A stretch of 55,748 nucleotides of DNA from Nanobdellota archaeon (GTDB lineage: Archaea; Nanobdellota; Nanobdellia; Parvarchaeales; Parvarchaeaceae). The notes under the pieces are model-generated. The model saw only the letters and a list, made by a program, of their open reading frames with translations. It searched no databases and was not told where the DNA came from. This document shows, piece after piece, positions 9,248 to 17,885 of this stretch. Each line of letters begins with the position of its first letter. Position 1 is the stretch's first letter. The position numbers were made by a program, and so were the translations under genes. Where the stretch lies: the NCBI GenBank assembly GCA_021798355.1, contig JAJZMG010000040.1, positions 1 to 55,748 on the forward strand, written 5' to 3'.

Positions 9248-10000
9248 GTGGATTTATTCTTAAATTTATTAATGATACAGAAAAATGGAAAAGCGATTTT
9301 GGATGACCTACTGGAGCAAAATTACATAACAGTTTCAGATAAGGAAATATTAACCCTTATTTCCGAAAACGAGGATTTAAAGGTTCGCCAGTCCATGGAC
9401 ACGTTTAACTGGTATAAAAACAAAGGGGAGAGTAAACATATAATAACAAAAAATGAAAACAGTACAATTACTTACTTTGATTATGGTTTGGATCTGTTTC
9501 TTATAGATATTGAAAAGCTGAAAGAAACGAATAATTCATATGTTGTTTCATCGAATCTTCAAATGGAAAACTTTTCTGAGAAGGATTCTATACCAAATTT
9601 AGCATTGCTGAAGTTTTCAGTCTATGACGGCTTATCAAAAAGTCTTGGGGGCTACTCTCTTATAAAATCTGAAAGATATTTTGAGTATCCAAATCAAAAA
9701 GAAGGAGCTGAAAACCTCAATAAAACGGTGAGGGTAAGATTTTACAGCGAAAAGGAGCACAGCGCGTTAACACTTGTATATAGACAAACCATAAATAAAA
9801 ACAGTGTAATAGGCTCAAGACTATACCTTTCTGACAATGGAAAATTAAAAAACCTAGACAAGGCAAAAAACGAAAGATTGATAGCGTTCATTAGAGCAGT
9901 CGATTTCTGGCATGACAATGAGTTAAAGGAGGGAAACGCAAAATTGGAAAAATTTGGTACAGGTTTGAATGCTCCTTCTTACATGTCCATGTATTATTGA
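9248..10000 (+). CDS. Hypothetical protein (no recognisable motif). The start is ambiguous: GTG at 9248 or ATG at 9272.
   Basis: Long ORF with composition like neighbouring genes. I recognise no family. Confidence 0.5.
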   Translation: MDLFLNLLMIQKNGKAILDDLLEQNYITVSDKEILTLISENEDLKVRQSMDTFNWYKNKGESKHIITKNENSTITYFDYGLDLFLIDIEKLKETNNSYVVSSNLQMENFSEKDSIPNLALLKFSVYDGLSKSLGGYSLIKSERYFEYPNQKEGAENLNKTVRVRFYSEKEHSALTLVYRQTINKNSVIGSRLYLSDNGKLKNLDKAKNERLIAFIRAVDFWHDNELKEGNAKLEKFGTGLNAPSYMSMYY

Positions 10001-10007
10001 TCTATCT

Positions 10008-10277
10008 TTAATTTTTCATCGCCAAATTTGCAGCAATTATATGCGAGCATAACTTATTTTGTAAGGTGTACCATTTGCAATCACATTGCCATTTTTTATC
10101 CTGTGATTTTTCGTCAAAATACATTACATTGTGCAGTTCATTATCCCCTTTTACAATGAACGAAACATGTTTCTGCGTTTTATAATCTATCTTTACTGAA
10201 TTAACTAGTCTTATACCTTTTATGTAAAGCTTTTCGTCTTTTTTTAAATCCTTATCTTCTAGGGTTTTTACTTCCAC
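10008..10277 (-). CDS. Small SWIM-type zinc-finger protein
   Basis: 89 aa. CxC-x(n)-CxH signature: WQCDCKWYTLQNKLCSHIIAA. Confidence 0.7.
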   Translation of the reverse strand: MEVKTLEDKDLKKDEKLYIKGIRLVNSVKIDYKTQKHVSFIVKGDNELHNVMYFDEKSQDKKWQCDCKWYTLQNKLCSHIIAANLAMKN

Positions 10278-10312
10278 AACAAATTATTAAATGTAGATTG
10301 CTATATATAATA

Positions 10313-10594
10313 GCGGTATTGTATGCAACAGACCATTAAAGGAGGAAGTCCGTTCACCTTTAAAACTGAAGTGCAGTAATGCATTGCTGTAAAAGGCAGG
10401 CAACTGAGCAGAAACGATACCTGTTTTCAGTGTAAAGAGATGATGCGAAAGCTGATTGCTGAAAAGGGGATGAAACGGCAGACCTTCAGGGTGCAAACCG
10501 GTATTCCGGCGCTTAGTCGAATGTTGTTGCATCCAACTGGGAAGCCTTTGAACTAAGGCAGAGGGATGACAAAAAACGGGCTATTCAATACCGC
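10313..10594 (+). ncRNA. rnpB: RNase P RNA (compact archaeal form, about 282 nt)
   Basis: P1 helix GCGGTATTG (10313-10321) pairs with CAATACCGC (10586-10594). CR-I-like GGAGGAAGTCCG, GGGGATGAAACGGCAG (J11/12-like) and CR-V-like GACAAAAAACGGGCTAT are present. Local GC is clearly above the surroundings. Confidence 0.8.
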
Positions 10595-10627
10595 AATTTA
10601 TTTAAATAGACAGGTATTAACATAAAA

Positions 10628-12169
10628 ATGTCAGAAGAAGACAAAGAACACAATACTGATCTTACAGGCAATGAGAACACAAATAAGGGTTTGCAGCCGG
10701 GAAAAGCAGTACTTTCAGACAAAAGCAGTGAACTTTCAAATAATAATCAGCAAAATCCTCAAAATAAAACCGAGGAAAAGAAAATAGAAGTTACTGCTAA
10801 TTCTAATGGCGATGAGCTTGAAAGGCTGAGAAAGGAGAATGAAAGGTTGAAAGAGATTCAGCGCTTAAAGGAAGAAAATGAAAAACTTTCAGTTGGGCAG
10901 GTTGCCGATTCAAAAAAACAAACTGGCAAAAATAATTTAATTTTGCCCTTAATAATAGGTGTAGTAGTTGTTGCTGTAGTCGTTATAGTCCTGATTTTAT
11001 TTGTTATACATGCTCCTTCTAAAACAACAATATCTGTGCTTGGAGGAAAAGTATTGTTTACCCCTGCAAACTTATCAGGCGTTTCAAGTTCAAATTTTGG
11101 TAATTCTCCAATACTAAATTCATTGGTGTCCCCTAATTTCTCTGCAATAAATAACTCGGCTACTTCGCTCCAGTTTTTCAAAGGGCCTGTCGGCCAGTCA
11201 GAACCTAATTATGTAAGTGCACTTTCAAATCTAAGTACTCAATTAGAAGAAGTCGGACAATCGCAATTAAGCGGCAGTATAGAATGTGTGCCTGTAGGAA
11301 ACAGTTCAAATGGACCTAATCCCTCTTACTGTGTTCTATTGATAGGCAGTAATAATTATGATATAGTTCCTATAAAAGTTGGCGGTAATTCAACTGTGAA
11401 GGTTAATGGAAGTTCCACAGTTAAGCTGCCGCTCTTGACATATGGTGGCAAGCCAACTTTCGTTTATATAGGTGCACAAGGTTGTCCATTCTGTGCAGGT
11501 ATGCGATGGTCAATTGCAATTGCCCTGTCAAGATTTGGAAACTTCTCAAATTTATTTTATGATAGGTCGGCTACGAGCGATGCAAATGTTCCAACATTTA
11601 CATTTGATTATAACGCAAATTTGTTTTATGACGCAGTTTCTAAGCCTTCTGTAAGTAGCGGTGCAGCACCTTATGGAGATAGCAATCCTACACCCTTCTT
11701 TGTAGGCGCTTATTACAATTCCAGTTACATAAATTTCATACCACTAGATGAAATAGGGACATCATTTTTAGTTAATGTTACTGGGATAGCAGACGTTTCC
11801 CCATTTGTTTTTAATAATGTGGTACTAGCTAGTCAGGCGTTTAATTCATATCACGGTTTTGGAATATACAACTTTTTGGCTGGAGGCGTGCCATTCTTTG
11901 ATATTAATAATCAGTATGTGTTTGATGGTGCAACTATAAATGCAGGCACATATCTTACTTCCAGTGGATTAAATCCGGCATATAGTACACATCAAGATAT
12001 GCTTAATTCGATTGAAAATCCAACAAGCGGGTCGTTCGGCCAGACTGTTTTAGGAGCGGCAAATCTCCTCACAGCGCAGATCTGCGAAACTTTAAACAAT
12101 TCTGCACCGGTGTGTAGTTTATCATACATTTCTGGGTTAGAAAACAAATTAAGTACAATAAAGGTTTAA
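10628..12169 (+). CDS. Membrane-anchored extracytoplasmic thioredoxin-fold protein (DUF929-like), with a coiled-coil N-terminus
   Basis: 513 aa. Coiled coil ELERLRKENERLKEIQRLKEENEKL, TM LILPLIIGVVVVAVVVIVLILFVI, many NxS/T sequons, and YIGAQGCPFCAGMRWSIAIALSRFGNFSNL (CPxC motif as I recall for DUF929). Confidence 0.65.
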   Translation: MSEEDKEHNTDLTGNENTNKGLQPGKAVLSDKSSELSNNNQQNPQNKTEEKKIEVTANSNGDELERLRKENERLKEIQRLKEENEKLSVGQVADSKKQTGKNNLILPLIIGVVVVAVVVIVLILFVIHAPSKTTISVLGGKVLFTPANLSGVSSSNFGNSPILNSLVSPNFSAINNSATSLQFFKGPVGQSEPNYVSALSNLSTQLEEVGQSQLSGSIECVPVGNSSNGPNPSYCVLLIGSNNYDIVPIKVGGNSTVKVNGSSTVKLPLLTYGGKPTFVYIGAQGCPFCAGMRWSIAIALSRFGNFSNLFYDRSATSDANVPTFTFDYNANLFYDAVSKPSVSSGAAPYGDSNPTPFFVGAYYNSSYINFIPLDEIGTSFLVNVTGIADVSPFVFNNVVLASQAFNSYHGFGIYNFLAGGVPFFDINNQYVFDGATINAGTYLTSSGLNPAYSTHQDMLNSIENPTSGSFGQTVLGAANLLTAQICETLNNSAPVCSLSYISGLENKLSTIKV

Positions 12170-12224
12170 CTGTTTGTTTTATAGACCGATAAATATATTT
12201 AAGTCTTTAATTTACATTAATTAT

Positions 12225-13103
12225 ATGGATAACGGCAGCAGCTTGAAGCAGGTAACACAGAATATCTTAGACGCTTCTTATAAGGTTTACTCAGATGTTT
12301 CATTGATAAACAGCTCTTTATTCAGAGCAGCTTCTTCATTAGGCATAGACTTACAAGAAGTCCCTCAAATAAGTTTAGCTAAAACAAGTGAAAATACTTT
12401 TGAAAGTAAGACTAATAAGCATACAACTGCAGATGAAAAGGGTTCTACAGGGAGAAAAATATCCTTGTTTCATATTGAAGGAAAAAGCAAAAATGAGGGC
12501 AAAATTGATAAGGATATAACGGTTCAGCCTCAAATTAACATGGTAAACGAAAAGCTAAAACTGGCCGAATCAAGAGAACGGAAGATTAATAAAAATATGA
12601 CAGCTCTACCCTCAGTACCAAATTACAAGCCGGATAAATTGGAAGAGGATAAAGTAGTTGTTACTCAACCTGGAAACAGAACTGAAACTAAAGTTTCAAT
12701 TGAAGAAAAAGAAGCAAAGCTTAATAAACTGCAGGCAGGAATGCCAACTAAATTAAACGTGGTAAAGGATAAGGACGAATCACAACTTTCTCCAATTGAA
12801 AATATTTCTTCAGATAATAATGCAAGTTCACAATCCGAATTGCAGAAAACTATCTTCGAAACAATAAACTTTGGAAAATCATTTACGAAGGGGATGGGAG
12901 AAGATGTAAATGAAATTGCAAATAACCCACTGAATAAACTGTTTTCATTGGTCAAAGAAAGGCATTCAATTACTACTTCACAGGCTGCGCAATCTTTAAA
13001 TGTAAGCAAGGATTTAATTGAAAGATGGGCTAAGATACTTAGTCAGAGTTCTCTTATAAGGATAAAGTACCAATTAATGGGAGATATGATATTAGAAGGA
13101 TAA
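12225..13103 (+). CDS. Hypothetical protein: long low-complexity/disordered region plus a C-terminal winged-helix-like domain
   Basis: The ATG at 12225 is preferred over the TTG at 12174. The C-terminal ~55 aa (HSITTSQAAQSLNVSKDLIERWAKILSQSSLIRIKYQLMGDMIL) looks like an HTH/wH. The stop overlaps the next gene's start (TAATG). Confidence 0.5.
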   Translation: MDNGSSLKQVTQNILDASYKVYSDVSLINSSLFRAASSLGIDLQEVPQISLAKTSENTFESKTNKHTTADEKGSTGRKISLFHIEGKSKNEGKIDKDITVQPQINMVNEKLKLAESRERKINKNMTALPSVPNYKPDKLEEDKVVVTQPGNRTETKVSIEEKEAKLNKLQAGMPTKLNVVKDKDESQLSPIENISSDNNASSQSELQKTIFETINFGKSFTKGMGEDVNEIANNPLNKLFSLVKERHSITTSQAAQSLNVSKDLIERWAKILSQSSLIRIKYQLMGDMILEG

Positions 13104-13813
13104 TGGAAGAAAAAGTTGTAGAGGGAGTTGCGAGAGAAACAACTGGGATACCCGGGTTAGACGAAGCATTAAAAGGCGGTTTTCCCAAGAATAGCGTAAT
13201 ATTTCTTACAGGTACTCCGGGAGCGGGTAAGACCACCTTTTCATTTCAATTTTTATCAGAAGGAGCAAAAAAGGGAGAAAAAGGATTATACTTCACATTG
13301 GAAGAAAGCTCAGATGAATTAATACAGCAATTTATGCTATTCGATCCTAAGCTTAAAGAATACCTAGATAATGGACTAATAAAGATAGTATCTATACCTT
13401 TGGTAGATTACGATTCAATGAAAGAGGTTATCTCTTCTGAACTTGATGCAATGGGCGCACAGCGGCTAGTTGTAGACTCAATAACCTACTTACAAATGTT
13501 CTTTTCTGATATAATGTCAATAAGGAAAGCAATAATAGAACTTTCGAGTATAATAAAAGCAAGAGAATGTACCTCTATTTTTATAGGCGAAATGCCTTAC
13601 GGTGAAAATAAACTTTCTGCATTTGGCGTTGAAGAATTTGCAGCGGATGGCGTGGTGGCTCTTTACATGGTAGAAAGGCAAAGCTCATTTATAAGGGCAC
13701 TCAGAATAATAAAAATGAGATCTACAGATCATTTGACTAAATATATACCTCTGGATATAAAGAATAAAGGGATAATAGTTTACCCTTCTGCAGAGTTATT
13801 TGCAGAGATATAA
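13103..13813 (+). CDS. Single-domain KaiC-like / RecA-superfamily ATPase (COG0467-type; aRadC/ArlH-like core)
   Basis: 236 aa. GIPGLDEALKGGFPKNSVIFLTGTPGAGKTTFSFQF (Walker A), LVVDSI (Walker B), IKMRSTDH. Confidence 0.85.
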   Translation: MEEKVVEGVARETTGIPGLDEALKGGFPKNSVIFLTGTPGAGKTTFSFQFLSEGAKKGEKGLYFTLEESSDELIQQFMLFDPKLKEYLDNGLIKIVSIPLVDYDSMKEVISSELDAMGAQRLVVDSITYLQMFFSDIMSIRKAIIELSSIIKARECTSIFIGEMPYGENKLSAFGVEEFAADGVVALYMVERQSSFIRALRIIKMRSTDHLTKYIPLDIKNKGIIVYPSAELFAEI

Positions 13814-13814
13814 T

Positions 13815-14756
13815 ATGACGCTTTGGATAGAAAAGTATAGGCCACAATCCTTTGACGAAATAATAGGACAAAAAGAAATAGTGGAAAAATTAAAGGCGAT
13901 GGCCGAAAAAAAAGAAATACAGCACATGATTTTATCCGGTCCGCCGGGTGTTGGCAAAACAACTTCAGCCGTCGTATTAGCAAAAGCAGTGTTTGGCCCG
14001 GAATGGAATCAAAATTTTATTGAATTGAATGCATCTGACGACAGGAAGCTAAGTGTCATACAGGGTAAAGTCAAAGAGTTTGCAAGGACAAAACCGATAG
14101 ATGCGCCATTTAAGATAATTCTGTTTGATGAGGCAGATTCATTAACACAGGAAGCGCAGCAGGCCCTAAGAAGGATGATGGAGGAGTATATCAATACCTG
14201 CAGGTTTGTATTCAGTGTAAATTACCAGAGCAATATAATAGAGCCTTTACAGTCAAGATGCGCAATACTTAGGTTTCAGCCTTTATCTAAAGAAGATGTA
14301 CATAAATTCATAAAAAGAATTGCAGAGAGCGAAAAGCTGGAAATAGACCAGGAAGCAATGGATGCGTTGGATTATGTGTCAAGAGGGGATTTAAGGACGC
14401 TTGTTAATCTTATGCAATCACTTTCAAATGTTTCTAAAAAGATCGATGCAAAGGCAGTTTTGCAAAGCAGCGGGTTGATGGATGTTTCAAAGACAATGGA
14501 TGGCTTAAAGACGGCATTATCAGGTGATTTTAAGAAATCAAGAGAGATATTCTCAGAGATAATCGACAATGGGGTAAATATGAAGGAGCTTTTAATTTCA
14601 ATATTTAACATAATCTCAACAACCGATATAGTTAATGATAAGGTAAAGAACTACGTTTTTGAGAAGCTTGCAGAAACGGATTATAGAATAGTTGAAGGTG
14701 CAACTCCATTCATACAGTTCCAGGCCTTTCTTGCGTTTTTGGCCAGTCTTAAATAA
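13815..14756 (+). CDS. rfcS: Replication factor C small subunit
   Basis: LWIEKYRP box, GPPGVGKTT, ILFDEADSLT, SRC motif. The ATG at 13815 is one nt after the upstream stop. Confidence 0.92.
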   Translation: MTLWIEKYRPQSFDEIIGQKEIVEKLKAMAEKKEIQHMILSGPPGVGKTTSAVVLAKAVFGPEWNQNFIELNASDDRKLSVIQGKVKEFARTKPIDAPFKIILFDEADSLTQEAQQALRRMMEEYINTCRFVFSVNYQSNIIEPLQSRCAILRFQPLSKEDVHKFIKRIAESEKLEIDQEAMDALDYVSRGDLRTLVNLMQSLSNVSKKIDAKAVLQSSGLMDVSKTMDGLKTALSGDFKKSREIFSEIIDNGVNMKELLISIFNIISTTDIVNDKVKNYVFEKLAETDYRIVEGATPFIQFQAFLAFLASLK

Positions 14757-14758
14757 CT

Positions 14759-15736
14759 ATGCTTTCTTTATTTAAGCCGGAAATAAAAATGTTTGTGGAG
14801 AATTACTCTAATAGCATTCCCGGTAAGGTATTGGCAGCCATTAAAAATGGGAAATCTAGGTTCATATTTAATGGACCTGCTGGAACAGGCAAGAATTTCC
14901 TTGCAGAGGCTATCGCAAATGAGTTAAATGCAAGCTTTGAGGTAATAAACTTGTATGAACTAACCGATGATACTCAGAGCGTTTCTTCAATGATTTTAGA
15001 CAACATAACGCAATCCGCAATATCAAAATCGCTTTTTCAGCAAGGTAAAAAAGTTATTTACATTGAAGATCTGGAAAAGCTTTTATCAGTTGACTCTTCT
15101 ATAACGCAGAAATTAAACTCTATCGCAGGAGATTCTATAATCATCTTCGAATCAGAAACCGGTGAGATTTTCAGAAGCAAATACAAAAGATTTCTTTTTG
15201 GATACGAAACCGTGAGGTTTTATAAACTTAATAATAGAGTACTTAAAACCTTTGCACTCAAACTTGTTCTTTATAATAAGATGAAAATAAGCGATGGCAT
15301 GGTTGAAAGTATAGTAAGGTCAGCAAAAGGAAATATCTCCAGTATAATAACTGACCTTAACACAATATATATAACTAATTCCAGCCACTTAGACACATTT
15401 AGAAACTCAGATGATTCCATATTTGAAAAAATAACAGCAGTTTTTTCAGGTAAAGTTGAAAACGTTGAAATATACTTTACATCTGACATGGAAGCAAAGA
15501 ACTTTGAGATTTGGTTGGCGGAAAAAGCACCACAAGTGCTTAAAAAAGAGGAGCTTTATCATTTCTTCGAGTCTCTCTCCGCTGCAGATATAGTGCTAAA
15601 TAAAATAAAGAAACAGAACTGGTCTCTTTTGAAATATGTTAAAAATATAATGGCTTATAGCTGTTATGGCTTTAAAGTAAGTTTTCCTAAAGTAGACTTC
15701 TATGCGCCAAAATGGGATTCTTATTATAATAAATAA
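14759..15736 (+). CDS. rfcL: Replication factor C large-subunit-like protein, short and with degenerate ATPase motifs
   Basis: 325 aa directly after rfcS. GPAGTGKNF (Asn in the Walker A Ser/Thr position), IYIEDLE in place of DExD, GNISSIITDLN (compare the GDLRSAINDLQ-type motif), LSAADIVLNKIKKQNWSLLKY (RFC1-type C-terminal region). Confidence 0.6.
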   Translation: MLSLFKPEIKMFVENYSNSIPGKVLAAIKNGKSRFIFNGPAGTGKNFLAEAIANELNASFEVINLYELTDDTQSVSSMILDNITQSAISKSLFQQGKKVIYIEDLEKLLSVDSSITQKLNSIAGDSIIIFESETGEIFRSKYKRFLFGYETVRFYKLNNRVLKTFALKLVLYNKMKISDGMVESIVRSAKGNISSIITDLNTIYITNSSHLDTFRNSDDSIFEKITAVFSGKVENVEIYFTSDMEAKNFEIWLAEKAPQVLKKEELYHFFESLSAADIVLNKIKKQNWSLLKYVKNIMAYSCYGFKVSFPKVDFYAPKWDSYYNK

Positions 15737-15797
15737 GCTAAAATTTAAGGGGTTTATATAAAGAAATATTTATATCTCTTCTTTTTATATAAATAAT

Positions 15798-16961
15798 ATG
15801 TCATTTAGGCCGTTTTCCATAGCTTTAGATAATAAACCGTTATCAATAAAATCAAAGCGTTCTCAGTCAGCTCTAGAATATATGATGACCTACGGCTGGG
15901 CAATTCTAATCATAGTCATCGTAGCGGTAATCCTATACTCAATGGGTATATTCAACCCCAGTTCAAGCATAACAACTACAATAACGGGTTTTCAAAGTTT
16001 GGGAGTAACTCAAGCTAACTGCATAAATTCAGTAAACAATCAAATCCTTGAGTTATACATAACAAACAAGGTAGGCTATCCTATAAACATAACAAGTATA
16101 AACGTAACTGGAAATAATGGCTTAAAAGTTACACAAGTTGTGGGGTCTATTCTAAACCCAGGTGCTTCTTCCTCATTTTACGTAAATGGCGCATGCAACA
16201 AGTCTTCTTCATTTTATTCAGGATCTGCTACCATAACTTATACTGAACCTGGGCAGCCATTAACTGGTCCATATGTATCAACAGGTAGTCTGGTTAAAGT
16301 TCCAGTTACATCTAATCCTAATACAGTGGCCAGTTTCAATGGGGCAAGTAGTTTTATCAACATTACTTTACCACAAGAACCTGTAAGATCAGCAACTAGG
16401 ACAGCATTGGTATGGTTTTATGACAAAAACACCGCTTTAAAGGCTCATGCCTTTTCTTATGGTTGCGGAGGAGGTAGTTGCGGTGGTTTAAAATATTTTA
16501 CAGTATATGTAGCATCTGGAGTTGCCACTTTGAATGCATATTACTCAAATCAAGGGATGTATCCCCAACCAATACAAAATAATACCTGGTATCTGCTAGT
16601 TTATGAGTATAATGGAACTTCCCAAATCGGCTACATAGATTATGGGGGAGTGATATATAAGGTTTATGCAAATGAGAATTATAACACAACATATACTCCC
16701 CTTTATTTAGGCTGCGAAGGCAATGATAACGGCGCAGTTTGTAATACGCAGTTTTGGCAGGGTTATCTATCGGATTTTCAACTTTATACCTCTGCATTAT
16801 CAGAAAATCGAATTGAGAGTATCTATTCACGAGGTCTTGGGTCTGCGCCGATGCCTAATTCTGGCCTTGTTGGTTGGTTCCCATTAGATGGAAATGCAAA
16901 TGATTACAGTGGCAACAATAATAATGGTGTAGCAACAGCAGTTAATTGGGTTTCACCTTGA
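15798..16961 (+). CDS. Archaeal type IV pilin-like protein (class III signal peptide) with a C-terminal LamG/ConA-like domain
   Basis: KRSQSALEYMMTYGWAILIIVIVAVILY is a typical prepilin-peptidase site plus hydrophobic helix. The Laminin_G_3-like core is WYLLVYEYNG...FWQGYLSDFQLYTSALSENRIESIY. Confidence 0.7.
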   Translation: MSFRPFSIALDNKPLSIKSKRSQSALEYMMTYGWAILIIVIVAVILYSMGIFNPSSSITTTITGFQSLGVTQANCINSVNNQILELYITNKVGYPINITSINVTGNNGLKVTQVVGSILNPGASSSFYVNGACNKSSSFYSGSATITYTEPGQPLTGPYVSTGSLVKVPVTSNPNTVASFNGASSFINITLPQEPVRSATRTALVWFYDKNTALKAHAFSYGCGGGSCGGLKYFTVYVASGVATLNAYYSNQGMYPQPIQNNTWYLLVYEYNGTSQIGYIDYGGVIYKVYANENYNTTYTPLYLGCEGNDNGAVCNTQFWQGYLSDFQLYTSALSENRIESIYSRGLGSAPMPNSGLVGWFPLDGNANDYSGNNNNGVATAVNWVSP

Positions 16962-17756
16962 TTTTATTAACTTATTTTTATATCCGCTTAAAGCTATATC
17001 AAAACAGATTCTTTCAAGAAAAGGTGCTACTTCTCCAGCTCTATATTCCCTTATTTTTATGTTTTTAAAATATTCTTTGCAGGTCTTTATTATTTCATTT
17101 TTTATAATTGTAGTGTCCCCTTCTTTTACAAAAGAATACAAGTGTATTGTTGCTTTTTTGTCGCATTTTTTAACAGCAGTTCCAAGAAATTTATATGCAG
17201 AAAGGGGAAAGTTCATTATTATTCTGTTAAACTTCTCATCTAATTTTTTAGTTATTTTTTTAGAATCGCCGCAATAATGCGTTATATTCGTTATCTTGTT
17301 TAATTTTATGTTTTTCTTTAGCAGATTTATGGCGTTCTTGTTTATGTCTATTGCAGTCACAGTCTTTGCAATCTTAGCTATAGGTATTGCGAATGGCCCA
17401 ACACCGCAAAACATATCTAGTACATTTTCATTGTTTTCTACTTGTTTTATCACCCTTAGCCTCTCATTTGACATTCTTGGAGAGAAGTAGACTTTTTTAA
17501 CATCTACATAATACGAACACCCATTCTCTTTGTATAACGCTGTGCTGTTTTTTCCTATTATTTTTTTAAGTTTTGGTATTCTTTCTTCACCTTGCGTCAT
17601 CCCAACCTTTTCAAATATTGTATTAATATTCTTGTTTTTGTCTAATACCTCCTTTACGGCTGACAATTTCTCATTTTTCGGCAGTTTCCCATCAAACTTG
17701 ACTATCGCTATATTACCAATAATATCAAAACCTTTGTTTAATCTTCCTTTTTCCAT
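16953..17756 (-). CDS. trm5: Met-10+ family class I methyltransferase (tRNA m1G37 Trm5 / Taw2-like)
   Basis: FDIIGNIAIV, YFSPRMSNERLRV, SAM motif VLDMFCGVGPFAIP, IIMNFP. The ATG at 17756 is preferred over the upstream extension. Confidence 0.8.
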   Translation of the reverse strand: MEKGRLNKGFDIIGNIAIVKFDGKLPKNEKLSAVKEVLDKNKNINTIFEKVGMTQGEERIPKLKKIIGKNSTALYKENGCSYYVDVKKVYFSPRMSNERLRVIKQVENNENVLDMFCGVGPFAIPIAKIAKTVTAIDINKNAINLLKKNIKLNKITNITHYCGDSKKITKKLDEKFNRIIMNFPLSAYKFLGTAVKKCDKKATIHLYSFVKEGDTTIIKNEIIKTCKEYFKNIKIREYRAGEVAPFLERICFDIALSGYKNKLIKSR

Positions 17757-17885
17757 TTTTTCTCCTGAATAGATTAAAGAAAGGAAAGAATAAAAACAGT
17801 ACGAATATGAATATGTGAAAGACAAAAATAAGTATTAAGCTAACTACCAACGTCAAAATGCTTATAATTGTTAAGTAGCTCCTTT

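Noticed and set aside
10287-10532. 81-aa reverse-strand ORF in the ORF track
   Set aside because: It lies antisense to a region with clear RNase P RNA hallmarks (P1 helix, CR-I and CR-V-like motifs). The peptide has no plausible features. The ORF probably exists only because of the locally higher GC of a structural RNA.
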